DNA from: Malacoraja senta
Lineage: Eukaryota
Direction of reading: 5' to 3'
DNA length: 64,000 nt
NCBI GenBank assembly: GCA_038087875.1
Contig: CM075987.1
Span: 23,810,001 to 23,874,000, forward strand
The notes under the pieces were generated by a model. The model was not told where the DNA came from, did not search any database, and saw only the letters and a program-made list of their open reading frames with translations. A program made the translations under genes and the position numbers. Shown here piece by piece: positions 1 through 49,644 of this stretch (position 1 is its first letter; each line of letters begins with the position of its first letter).

Positions 1-24
1 AGGCCAAGTAAACCTGCAAGCCTT

Positions 25-412
25 CAATAGACAATAGACAATAGGTGCAGGAGTAGGCCATTTGGCCCTTCGATGTGATCATGGCTGATCATCCCCAATC
101 AGTATTTAAGAAGGAACTGCAGATGCTGGAAAATCGAAGGTACTCAAAAATGTTGGAGATACTCAGCGGGTGCAGCAGCATCTATGGAGCGAAGGGTTTT
201 GGCCCGAAACGTTGCCTATTTCCTTCGCTCCATAGATGCTGCTGCACCCGCTGAGTTTCTCCAGTATTTTTGTGTATCCCCAACCAGTACCCCGTTCCTG
301 CCTTCTCCCCATATCCACTGACTCCGCTATTTTTAAGAGCCCTGTCTAGCTCTCTTTTGAAAGCATCCAGAGAACCTGCCTCCACCGCCCTCTGAGGCAG
401 AGAATTCCACAG
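25..412 (-). mobile_element. CR1 3' fragment interrupted by a Penelope-derived fold-back insert (105-275)
   Basis: (ATAGACA)n tail at left; ORF 182..385 contains [12 protein letters not shown]; atcccca[t/c]cagta duplicated around the insert. Confidence 0.85.
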
Positions 413-660
413 ACCTTCACGTCTATGGCAAGTGGGAGGAAACGTGAGCAGCCGGAGTGTACTCTAAAAGTTCAGGAAGAGGAAGTTTAAACTGCAGGAT
501 CTATCGGTGGTCCAGATGTGGCGCATTGTAAAGTATCATCGCTTGCTGAAGGCGAGTGTAGACTGCATCGGCCTGAGCCTCTGTGGGGACAGGCATCCCA
601 CTCTAGCTGGTCTGAAGTCGGGGTCAGAAGTTGGGTCGTCCCACTCAAGCTGGCCAAGTG

Positions 661-957
661 GGCGATCATGGTGGCATAGCGGAAGAATTGCTGCCTTACA
701 GACCCGGGTTCGATCCCGACTACGGGTGCTGTCTGTACGGAGTTCGTACGTTCTCCCCGTGACCTGCGTGGGTTTTCTCCGAGATCTTCGGTTTCCTCCC
801 ACACTCCAAAGACGTACAGGTTTGTAGGTTAATTGGCTTGGTGTATGTGTGTAAATTGTCTCTAGCGCGTGTAGGATAGTGGGATCGCTGGTCGGCGCGG
901 ACTGGGTGGGCCGAAGGGCCTGTTTCCACACTGTATCTCTAAACTAATCTAAACTAA
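661..957 (+). mobile_element. HE1-type tRNA-derived V-SINE (representative; more than 20 full or partial copies in the window)
   Basis: tRNA-like head with A box (ggtggcatagcgg) and B box (gggttcgatccc), central ttctccccgtg...tttcctcccacactccaaagac core, CR1-like tail ending in (CTAAA)n. Confidence 0.85.
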
Positions 958-1539
958 AGTCTCCGTTGCAAGGGGTTGGAGATCAATGTGATGCAGTCCT
1001 TGCAACCTCACCGCAATTCAGTAGGTTGGAGGCTGAAAACTAGTGTGAATCACAAGTCAGGTGTCAGTCAGGACTTGTGTCTCAGGCATTGTGTCATTGT
1101 GTCCTGGTTTAGTTCAGAGATACAGGCCCTTCGGCCCACCAGGTCCACGCTGACCAGCGATCCCCCGCAAACTAACACTATCCTACACACGCACTGGGGA
1201 CAATTTACAATGATACCAAGCCGAATAACCTACTTTGGAGTGCGGGTGGAGACCGGCGACCCTGGAGAAAACCCACGCAGGTCATGGGGAGAACTTGCAA
1301 ACTCCGTACAGACAGCAAGCACCCCGTGCACCCCAGCAATGTCTCCTGTCTTCCTGAGCCTCACGGTTGAGGAGGATTTGCACTCACTGGCCTATTTTGC
1401 CCCTTAACCCACGACCAAGTAACCTCTCAACCTTCAGCCCTCCTGCCGATGTTACTGGCACCTAGAGTCAACTTCCTCATCTAATGTGCAACCAAACGCG
1501 GAGTTGCAACTCTGAGCCTGCGATGTGTTTCCTTCCTAG

Positions 1540-39847
<38,308 letters not shown>

Positions 39848-40587
39848 CAGCTGATACAACGTCACCTATTCTGGAAGAACTCAGCATGCACAGCCGATGT
39901 CCAAAATCCAGAGAGGGCTGACAGCAAACAGCTTTTTAATCTACCTTACTGCCCTTCCTGTTGAGACTTTTTAATAACCTGCCGACTAATTTGCCACAAG
40001 CATCCCGACGTTGTACATAACTCCCTTTTTTCAGAAAAGAAAAACCCTCAAAGAGTTTAGAAATAATTTTCAGTAGTGTGTGTGTGTGTGTGTGTGGAAT
40101 TGTGTGCGTATGATTGTGTGCATTCCTGGGGGGGGGAAAGGGGTGCGCGTGAAGTGGGAATTTTTATGGTGTATGGGAAATTATTGACATGTGCCTGTTT
40201 GTGTGAGAATCCTTTCTAAAATTGTAATTATTTTACCAATGCCACAACGTATGTGAATATTTTACGGAATGTTGTTAGGCTGATGCCAATGTATATATTT
40301 TGGTTCATTGTGGGTCAAATGGCGTTCGAGCTAAAATTATTGCTGAACTTGTTAAGGGATGAATTGAAAATGTAAATTGGTACAATGTTTTTTTGCACTG
40401 CTAACATGGATAATGCAACTGGTTTGGAGAGAAACTGGGATAATCTGACTCCTGGTGTGCTGCTTAGAGAGAAGAACCAGGACGTGTACTGTATTTCAGT
40501 GCAAGTCACTGACTGACGTTTGGGAACAAAGAAACTTATAGGGCTGTGACTGCAACATGGACTGTAAATGTTTCACGTAAAGCAACA

Positions 40588-40593
40588 AATAAA
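40588..40593 (+). terminator. Candidate VAV2 polyadenylation signal AATAAA (3'UTR about 750 nt)
   Basis: AATAAA ends a TE-free, AU-rich stretch after the stop; followed by a GT/T-rich sequence and then resumption of TEs. Confidence 0.6.
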
Positions 40594-42210
40594 AGCAACT
40601 GTTTCTTTAAACCTTCTGAATGTCGTGCTCAGGAAACTCCAGTCTTTCTTGCACAGGAAGGGACCGCAGATGATGGTTTACACCGAAGATAGGCGCAAAA
40701 ATGCCGGAGTAACTCAGCGGGCCAGGCAGCATCTCTGGAGAGAAGGAACGGGTGACGTTTCGGGGTCGAGACCCTTCTTCGGACTGAGAGTCAGGGGGAG
40801 AGGGTGTCTATGTGTACACTTGTAATGTGTGTCACACACAAGCCAGCGCTCAAAAGCCACCAGACCCGAGATGCCGGAGTGGGGAAAGTCACAGATTGAG
40901 TTTCTGTATTCACCCGAGGACATTGACTCCCTCAAGATCATTGGGCTTATTGAGTCCGTTCTTCATGCACGAGGAAGGGAAACAATCGGCACGTTACTCA
41001 GCCACAACGGGTGCCGAAGAGGAAGCGGACGTCAACCTTTGCTCATTACGTACATTTTTCCAGCAGGACAATGGCCAAGAATGAAAATCTTCACTGACTA
41101 ATCCGCTCCCTCAACCAGGCGTGCAGAGTTAAGTTTAACACCCAGCATGTCAGAATGTAGGCAATGTCTAAGACCCTAAAGTACACTCCAAAGACGTACA
41201 GGTTTGTAGGCTTGGTAAAATTGTAAATTGTCCCTAGTGTTTGTAGGATAGTGTTGGTGTGCGGGGATCGCTGATCGGCGTGGACTTGGTGGGCCAAAGG
41301 GCCTTTGTGTCTGCGCTGTGTCTCGAAACTAAACGAAACTAAAGGTCCAGGCGTGGTTAGTACCATGCATGGCGGGGCCTGAACCTACTGGGATATTGTG
41401 CTGTGTTGTCTGATAGATACTGCTGGAAATATTCAACAGTTTCTCAGGCGGCACGGTGGCGCAGCAGTAGAGCTGCTGCCTTACAGTGCCAGGGACCCGG
41501 GTTCGATCCTGACTGCGGCCACTTGTCTGTATGGAGTTTGTACCTTCTCCCTGTGACCTTTGTGGGTTTTCTCCGGGATCTCCAGTTTCCTCCCACACTC
41601 CACAAAGACGTACAGGTTTGTAGGTTGAGTAGGAAAGAACTGCAAGTGCTGGTTTAAACCGAAGATAGTCTGAAGAAGGGGCTTGGTATAAATATAAATT
41701 GTCCCTAGTGTGTGTAGGATAGTGTTGGTGTGCGGGGATCGCTGGTCGGCGCGGACTCGGTGGGCCGAAGGGCCTGTTTCCGCTCTGTATCTCTAAACTA
41801 AACAAAAACAACATTCTCCTCAGCCTCGAGTACACCAGAGGCGTCGTTCTGGTAAACCTCTTCTGTATTGGAATGTATTGGATATTACTCCTGTCTGGCA
41901 CAGTGGGCCTGGCATTCTCAACAGATGCTGCTCGTTCAGTTGACAAAAGAAAGATGTGGTTATTGAATCATAGCTTTAATGGGATACATTAATTTTAGTA
42001 GAACATGCCGTGCACTCCATACATCTAAACGTTGCATTGAGTTGCAATGCAATGCTAGCCATTGAGTCTACTGGTGCAGTGCTGGTGATTATGCTCATAA
42101 TCAGAACAATTACAATACAATGCAACAGCCATGTGAATTGGAAATGTTTGGAGGGAGATGGGTCAAACACAGGCAAAGGGGACTACCGTAGAGAGCTTGT
42201 GTAGGACGGA

Positions 42211-43508
42211 ACAAGAGGAATCGAATATAGGAGCAAAGAGGTCCTTCTGCAGTTGTACAGAGCCCTAGTGAGACCACACCTGGAGTATTGTGTGCAGTTT
42301 TGGTCCCCTAATTTGAGGAAGGACATTCTTGCTATTGAGGGAGTGCAGCGTAGGTTTACAAGGTTAATTCCCGGGATGGCGGGACTGTCATCTGCTGAGA
42401 GAATGGAGCAGCTGGGATTGTACACTCTGGAGTTTAGAAGGATGAGAGGATATCTCATTGAAACATATAAGATTGTTAAGGCAATTCTTCCCTTCCCTCC
42501 CATACCACCCCATCCCCTGGTACTTTCCCTTGCAACCACAAGAGATGCAACACTTGTCCCTTCACCTCCCCCCTCGACTCCATTCAAGGACCCAAGCAGT
42601 CGTTCCAGGTGCGACAGAGGTTCACCTGCATCTCCTCCAACCTCATCTATTGCATCCGCTGCTCTAGATGCCAGCTGATCTACATCGGTGAGACCAAGCG
42701 GAGGCTTGGCGATCGTTTCGCTGAACACCTCCGGTCGGTCCGCAATAACCAACTTGACCTCCCGGTGGCTCAGCACTTCAACTCCCCCTCCCATTCCGTA
42801 TCTGACCTCTCTGTCCTGGGTCTTCTCCATGGCCACAGCGAGCAACACCGTAAATTGGAGGAAATGCACCTCATATTCCGCTTGGGCAGTCTACATCCTG
42901 GGGGCTTGAACATTGAATTCTCCCAATTCTGCTAGCCCTTGCTGTCCCCTCCCCTTCATCAGCCCTCTGGTTGTCTCCTCCCCTCCCCCAGCCCTCAGGC
43001 TCCTCCTCCTCCTTTTTCCTTTTTTCCTTTCTTCTCCCCACCCCCTATCAGTCTGAAGAAGGGTTTCGGCCCGAAACTTTGCCTATTTCCTTCGCTCCAT
43101 AGATGCTGCTGCACCCGCTGAGTTTCTCCAGCATTTTTGTGTACCTAAGATTGTTAAGGGTTTGGACACGCTAGAGGCAGGAAATATGTTCCCGATGTTG
43201 GGGGAGTCCAGAACCAGGGGCCACAGTTTAAGAATAAGGAGTAAGCCATTTAGAACGGAGACGAGGAAACACTTTTTCTCACAGAGAGTGGTGAGTTTGT
43301 GGAATTCTCTGCCTCAGAGGGCGGTGGAGGCAGGTTATTTGGATGCTTTCAAGAGAGAGCTAGATAGGGCTCTTAAAAATAGCGGAGTCAGGGGATATGG
43401 GGAGAAGGCAGGAACGGGGAACTGATTGGGGATGATCAGCCATGATCACATTGAATGGCTCGAAGGGCCGAATGGCCTACTCCTGCACCTATTGTCTATT
43501 GTCTATTG
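42211..43508 (+). mobile_element. CR1 3' fragment split by a Penelope insertion
   Basis: ORFs 42253.. and 43162.. are consecutive parts of CR1 ORF2; 14-bp duplication taagattgttaagg at 42468 and 43146. Confidence 0.9.
42482..43145 (+). mobile_element. Penelope-like retroelement 3' part: GIY-YIG endonuclease plus pLTR with hammerhead-like core
   Basis: ORF 42609..42935 reads NLIYCIRCSRCQLIYIGETKRRLGDRFAEH...VAQHFN...GLN; CTGAAGA..GAAA core at 43053; 14-bp TSD. Confidence 0.92.
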
Positions 43509-44988
43509 GAACGACAGATGCTGGTTTAAACCGACACAAAATTCTGGAGTAACTCAGCGGGACAGGCAGCATCTCTGGAGAGAAGGAATGAGTGATGTTT
43601 CAGGGCGAGATCCTTCTTCAGGATTTATCTGGGATGCGAAAAAGAAATTTCGCCCAGAGAGTTACGAATTTGTGGAATTCTCTGCCACGGAAGGCAGTGG
43701 AGGTCAATTCATTGGATGTTGATGTATTGTTGTGGGACACAGAGAAAAGGTAAGTACAGGTAATGTTCCTATAAAATGAAGAAGGGTCTGAAGAAGGGTT
43801 TCAGCCCGAAACGTTGCCTATCTCCTTCGCTCCATAGATGCTGCTGCACCCGCTGAGTTTCTCCAGCATTTTTGTGTACCTTTGCTATAAAATGTGTTTA
43901 CATATGTCGAACTTAGCGAGGTTAGCTGTGATTTAATATAATAGTTGACAGGCTTTTGACATGAGTTGCCCTGGTTTTAAGTTCAACTACTAAATAGGTT
44001 ATTACTGCTCTGGACTACACAGGTTTTCTCTCAAGCTTCTCTTTGGAAAAAAAAATGTTTGCTGTTTACAAATAGGTGCTTAAGAATACACCATGTGGAT
44101 GTGTATTGAGTTCAGATAACCATTGATTGTGGAGGAAGGAGTTGCAGATGCTGGTTTAAACCGAAGATTGACACAAAAAAGCTGGAGTAACTCAGCGGGA
44201 CAGGCAGCATCTCTGGAGAAAAGGAAACTGGCCATTGTTAACTGTTTGCAGGGGATAAAGGAAACAGCCCTACAAACAGCTAACAATGGCCTGTTTCCTT
44301 TGTCATCGTTACTTTTTTGCATATCTTTCATTCATTGTTCTTTATCTCTCCACATCACCGTCTATATCTCTCGGTTCCCTTATCCCTAACCATTCTGAAG
44401 AAGGGTCTCGACCCGAAACGTCACCCATTCCTTCTCTCCAGAGGTGCTGCCTGTCCTGCTGAGTTACTCCAGCATTTTGTGTCTATTAACCATTCCTGGA
44501 GACGCAAGAGACTGCAGATGCTCGAGTCGTGAGCAAAACACAAACGGTCGGTGTCAGTCTGAAGAAGGTTACTGACCCGAAACGTCACCTGTCCCACTCT
44601 TCTCCACAGATGCTGCACGGCCTGCTGAATTCCTTATTGTGTTTTCCTTATTAACTGTGCACATTTCACCATATCTGTGTTCCTGGCAGAGGGAAGCAAT
44701 TTCATTTAGTGTAGACTTCTATTCATATAAACGATGCTACAGTTATTTAAGAGACATGTGGACAGGTGCGTTGATAGGAAAGGTTTAGAGGGATCTGGGC
44801 AAGACATGGGCAGGTGGGACCAGCAAGGATGGAGTGCGGTTAGTTGGCGTGCACAGGTTGGGCTGAAGGGCTAGAAGGGTAGGAGATAGGGAGGGGCAGG
44901 GGGTAGGAGTTAGGTAGGGGGGGGGGGGTAAGAGATGGAGGGGAGGAGATAAGGAGGGAAAGTTAAGGAGGGGGTAGAGGGGTAGGAG

Positions 44989-45185
44989 CTACGCGCCTCT
45001 CGCCGGCTGTGGGTCTGTCCCTGACGGCAGGGTTGGGCTGGCCCGCCGGGCGAGAGCCACGTCCTCCACTAACGGGGGGAGGGACGGGGACTGGGACTGG
45101 GACTGGGACTGGGACGGCCCAGTGACTGACGCGTCGGGTCGGGGCGGGTCGGGAGGCTGAGCCGCGCTGCTGGCCGGACCCACAG
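44989..45185 (+). promoter_or_regulatory. CpG-rich putative promoter / non-coding first exon of SARDH
   Basis: CpG-dense non-repeat island between VAV2 and the SARDH coding exons; GC box GGGGCGGG at about 45141; candidate donor cacag|gtgagg at 45185. Confidence 0.55.
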
Positions 45186-45349
45186 GTGAGGAGAGCGGGG
45201 CCGGGGCCAGGCTGGGGGGTGGGGGGAGGGAGGGAGGACGCGAGGGGGTCCCGGGGCTGGGAGTGGGGTCAGAGCCGGGACTCTTCAACCCCCGCTCTCA
45301 CTCGTCCCCGTCTCCCTGGGTCTGGGTCCGGAACCCTTGCTCCACACTA

Positions 45350-45940
45350 TCTCCATCTCCCCCTCCCCCTCTCCTCCCCTCCCCTTCCCCTTCCCTCCTC
45401 TCCCCCCTCTTCCCTCCTCTCCCCCCTCTCCCTCTCCTTTTCCCTACTATCCTCTCTGACTCCACCTTCCCCTTCTCTTCCTCCCCCCTCCCCCCTTCCT
45501 CTCTCTCGCCCTCACCCTCTCCTTTCCCCTGCTATCCCCTCTCTGCCTCCCCCCTCCCCTCTTCCTCTCTCTCACCCCCACCCCTCTCCTTACCCCTGCT
45601 ATCCCCTCTCTGACTCCACCTTCCCCTTCTCTTCCTCCCCCCTCCCCCCTTCCTCTCTCTCACCCCTCTCCTTTCCCCTGCTATCCCCTCTCTGCCTCTA
45701 CCTTCCCCTTCTCTTCCTCCCCCCTCCCCTCTTCCTCTCTCTCACCCCCACCCCTCTCCTTTCCCCTGCTATCCCCTCTCTGCCCCTACCTTCCCCTTCT
45801 CTTCCCCCTCTTCCTCCTCCTCTCTCCCCCCTGCCCCCCCCCACCACTCTCCCTCTGCCCTGTCCCCCTCTGCCCCCTCGCTTTTCCTCTTCCTTCCCCT
45901 CTTCTCTACCCCTCTCTCTTCCCTCCCCGTTCCACCCGTT
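45350..45940. repeat. C/T-rich low-complexity minisatellite-like tract
   Basis: Recurring units such as cccctgctatcccctctctg and cttctcttcctcccc. Confidence 0.9.
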
Positions 45941-46279
45941 GCCATTCCAGCAGAGTGGTGTCAAAGTGATTCTTGAACAGAAGGTTAAATGTCGTGGGCT
46001 AAAGGGAGAATCCACTATCAGTGTACCTCTTTGTTTACATATTTGTGGACGTTGGTTGCAGGATAGGAACTTTGTACTTGGTGTCTGGATTCACAATCAC
46101 TGCCTCACTCACCCAGAAGCTAATGTGTACAACTTCTGACGCACTGTTCAAAGTGACAGAAAAGTTACAGCAGGAAAAGGAGGCCATTCTGCCCATCGAG
46201 GCCCCTCTGGTTCTGCTTCAGAACAACCAAAGTTTTCCATAGTCTTAGAAATGCCCTTCAATTCTTGATGAATCAAATC

Positions 46280-46868
46280 CCTAGTCTGAAGAAGGGTATC
46301 GACCCGTAACGTCACCCATTCCTTCCCTCCAGAGACGCTGTTCTGGGCTCGTATACATCGCAGAGACCAAAGGCAGACTGGGCGATCGTTTCGCGGAACA
46401 CCTTGGCTCAGCCTGAGTGAACCAACCTGATCTCCCGGTTGCTGGGCACTTTAACCAATCCTACACAGACCTTTCTGTCCTCGGTCTCCTCCATTGTCAG
46501 AGTGAGGCTAAATGCAAATTGGAGGAACAGCATCTCATATTTCGCTTGGGCAACTTACAGCCTAGTGGTATGAATATTGAATTTCTCTCACTTCAGGTAG
46601 CCCCGGCATTCCCTCTCTCTCTATCCCTCCCCCACCCAAGTCCCACTAGCTTCTCATTTTCACCCTACAAACAGCTTACAATGGCCTGTTTCCTTTAGCA
46701 TCGTTACATTTTTGCATATCTTTCATTCGTTGTTCTTTATCTCTCCACATCACCGCCTATATCTCTCGTTTCCCTTATCCCTAACCAGTCTGAAGAAGGG
46801 TGTCGACCTGAAACGTCACCCATTCCTTCTCTCCAGAGATGCTGCCTGTCCTGCTGAGTTACTCCAGA
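46280..46868 (+). mobile_element. Penelope-like element fragment (degenerate GIY-YIG end plus pLTR)
   Basis: YIAETKGRLGDRFAEH, and ORF 46417..46698 contains EEQHLIFRLGNLQPSGMNIEF; hammerhead-like cores at 46286 and 46790. Confidence 0.85.
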
Positions 46869-47309
46869 GTCCAGCTCTTGTGTCTATCTCCAGTATTCAT
46901 TGGTGGGTCGGCAATGGAGAGAGTTAATAGGTTCAAATTCCAGGGCGATAACATCTCGGATGACTGTCCTGGGCCCAGCCCTGTAATCACAAAGAAGACA
47001 CAATAACATCTCCAGTTTCTTAGGCTTGAGTTCAACTTTCCCATGAAAATAGACACAAAATGCCGGAGTAACCCAGCGGGACGGGCAGCATCTTTGGACA
47101 GAGGGTATGGGTGACGTTTCGGGTCGAGACCCTTCCTCAGACTGAGAGTCAGGGGTGTGGGGAACGAGGGATATGGAAGGGTTAGGTGTGAAAATGAGAG
47201 ATCAAAGGGGAAAAAGCTCAAGAAAAATGTATAGATCCAAAGTAAAATTCATTCTTCTGCTCTTCACCTTTCCCACACTGCTGTAGTCTTTAAGTCATAC
47301 AGCGTAGAG

Positions 47310-47682
47310 ATTCAGATTCAGATCAAATTCAGATTCAACTTTATTGTCATTGTGCAATGTACAGTACAGAGACAACGAAATGCAGTTAGCATCTCCCTAG
47401 AAGAGCGACATAAATATGAGCAATAAATAAATCTATTTACGTGCATACAGTCATAGTATTATTTTTTCCTGGTGGGAGGAGTGTCCGGGGGGGGGTGATT
47501 GGCAGTCACCGAGGTACAGTGTTGAGTAGTGTAACAGCCGCAGGGAAGAAGCTGTTCCTGGACCTGCTGGCCCGGCAACGGAGAGACCTGTAGCGCCTCC
47601 CGGATGGTAGGAGGGTAAACAGTCTGTGGTTGGGGTGAGAGCAGTCCTTGGCGATGCTGAGCGCCCTTCGCAGACCCTTCCG
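47310..47682 (-). mobile_element. Rex1/Babar-type LINE 3' fragment
   Basis: ORF 47506..47802 contains RALSIAKDCSHPNHRLFTLLPSGRRYRSLRCRASRSRNSFFPAAVTLLN; (TCTGAA)n tail. Confidence 0.8.
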
Positions 47683-48628
47683 CCCAACTTCCCGCACTGC
47701 AGTAATCAGAACTGGCCATAATACTCTATTGTTAAGGAACGAGTTCCCTTTTCCCAGAAAACCATAAGTTGATTTTGTCCTTGAGTTCGGAAAAATACAC
47801 AAAAATCACCCGATTATGATCTCCACTGTATTATAACGTATGACATCAAAAGCACAAAACAAAACTAATGTACAGGGATTGCTAGTTGGTGCGGACTAGA
47901 TAGGCTGAATAGCCAGGTTTCATGCTGTATCTCTAAACTATCTCCAAACTAAACTAAACTAACCACATTAGAATGATAAGAAAGTACAATAATAGGGAGT
48001 AAACTAACTGAAGAAGGGTCTCGACCCAAAATGTCACCCTTTCCTTCTCTCCAGTGATGCTGCCTGTCCCGCTGAGTTACTCCAGCATTTTGTGTCTATC
48101 TTCGGTTGAGACCAGCATCTGCAGTTCCTTCTTACACAGTAAATTAACTTTGCTGTTTGTAAGAAGAACATACGTACATATATTGGATCTCTGAATTTAA
48201 TAATACTTTTGGAGCATGTATAATAATAATAATAATACATTTTATTTATGGGCGCCTTTCAAATCTCAAGGACACCTTACAGATTTTACAGTAGAAACAT
48301 GTAAGCGGAATGAAATAAATAGTAAAGACATCACAAGTACACAAATTAAAAACAGAATTCAATCCGAAAACAAAAATCAAAAACACAGTATGGAAGAGAG
48401 AGCAGCGGCTGCTAATACGCGCCAGCAGCCGCTGCTCTCCAACCCCAGTTCCCAACCCCAGTTCTCCCAAAGACGGCATATTGAGGCCTCTACGGAGGCC
48501 CGATGTTCCTGGCCGTTCTCGCCGGGTGCAGTTGTCCCGGCGTCGGGAGAGTCCTCGCAGCGGCTGGGACGGCTGGAACGGCCGATCTCCTATTGGAGTC
48601 CGTGGCACCTGAAGCCAACAAGGCCGCG

Positions 48629-48828
48629 NNNNNNNNNNNNNNNNNNNNNNNNNNNNNNNNNNNNNNNNNNNNNNNNNNNNNNNNNNNNNNNNNNNNNNNN
48701 NNNNNNNNNNNNNNNNNNNNNNNNNNNNNNNNNNNNNNNNNNNNNNNNNNNNNNNNNNNNNNNNNNNNNNNNNNNNNNNNNNNNNNNNNNNNNNNNNNNN
48801 NNNNNNNNNNNNNNNNNNNNNNNNNNNN
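48629..48828. other. Assembly gap (200 N)
   Basis: Run of N. Confidence 0.99.
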
Positions 48829-49551
48829 ATTGGGCATTGGGCATTGGACATTGGGCATTGGGCATTGGATATAAGACATAGAACAGTACAGCGCAGGAAT
48901 GGACCCTTCAGCCCACAATATTGGTGCTGTCCATGATGCCTTTAAACTGATCTCATTTGCCTGTACATGATCCATATCCCTCTATTCCCTGCGCTTCCAC
49001 GTGCCTATCTAAAAGCCTCAAACTCCACTATCATATCTGCCACCACCACCACCTTGACAGCAATGTGTTCTAGACCCCCACCACTCTCTGTGTAAAAAAG
49101 ATCGCCCCGCATATCTCCATGACACTTCATGCCCACTAGGTGGACATTTCCACCCATGGCGAAAAGCCCAGTCAGCTGTTTGGTGGAGAGGGCAGTTGGT
49201 GTAGGTGGCTACATGGGAAGGGAGGAGGGGGGGGGTAGTTCAGGGAAGTGCAGTGCGAGGGTCTGGAATTTGGAGTTAATGGAGGTCATGTGGGGAAAGT
49301 GGAGGACTGTTTGGGACCTCCAGGTGGACAAGAATTGGGATGATGAACAGGGTCTTGTTGGAAGAGTGGGCAGGGGGGGTGGACGTAGAGTGGGCTGGGG
49401 GATGCTGGGGGTTTATGCCCTGTCTACTTGCTTGGGGTGCGGGTGAATGGGAGGGCAGGTTTGATGGAGGTGTTGGGGCAGGAGGCGAGTGGGTTGGAGA
49501 TGGTCTCTCTTCTTCAGGCCTTGTCGTGACCTTTCCTCTGTTGCTCCACAG

Positions 49552-49644
49552 TCGCGCGGTTCTGCAGGATGTTCTCGACGTGGACCTCAGTAACGAGGCT
49601 TTTCCTTCTCCACCCACCAGGTGGTGAAGGCCGCTGGCCATTGG
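49552..49644 (+). CDS. SARDH: SARDH exon ([17 protein letters not shown][P][13 protein letters not shown]), with an apparent 1-nt deletion
   Basis: gctccacag|tcg ... cattgg|gtaagt; 93 nt where phase 2-0 needs 94. Confidence 0.87.

Noticed and set aside
661..730. tRNA-like sequences (many copies)
   Set aside because: They are SINE heads, followed by the SINE core and tail, not tRNA genes
45186..46139. 317-aa Pro/Leu/Ser-rich ORF
   Set aside because: Low-complexity C/T tract; begins at a GTG that is better explained as a splice donor
48216..48975. ORFs spanning the N run, and the (ATTGGGC)n repeat after it
   Set aside because: Artefacts of translating through the gap; the heptamer repeat is a contig-end simple repeat, not telomeric
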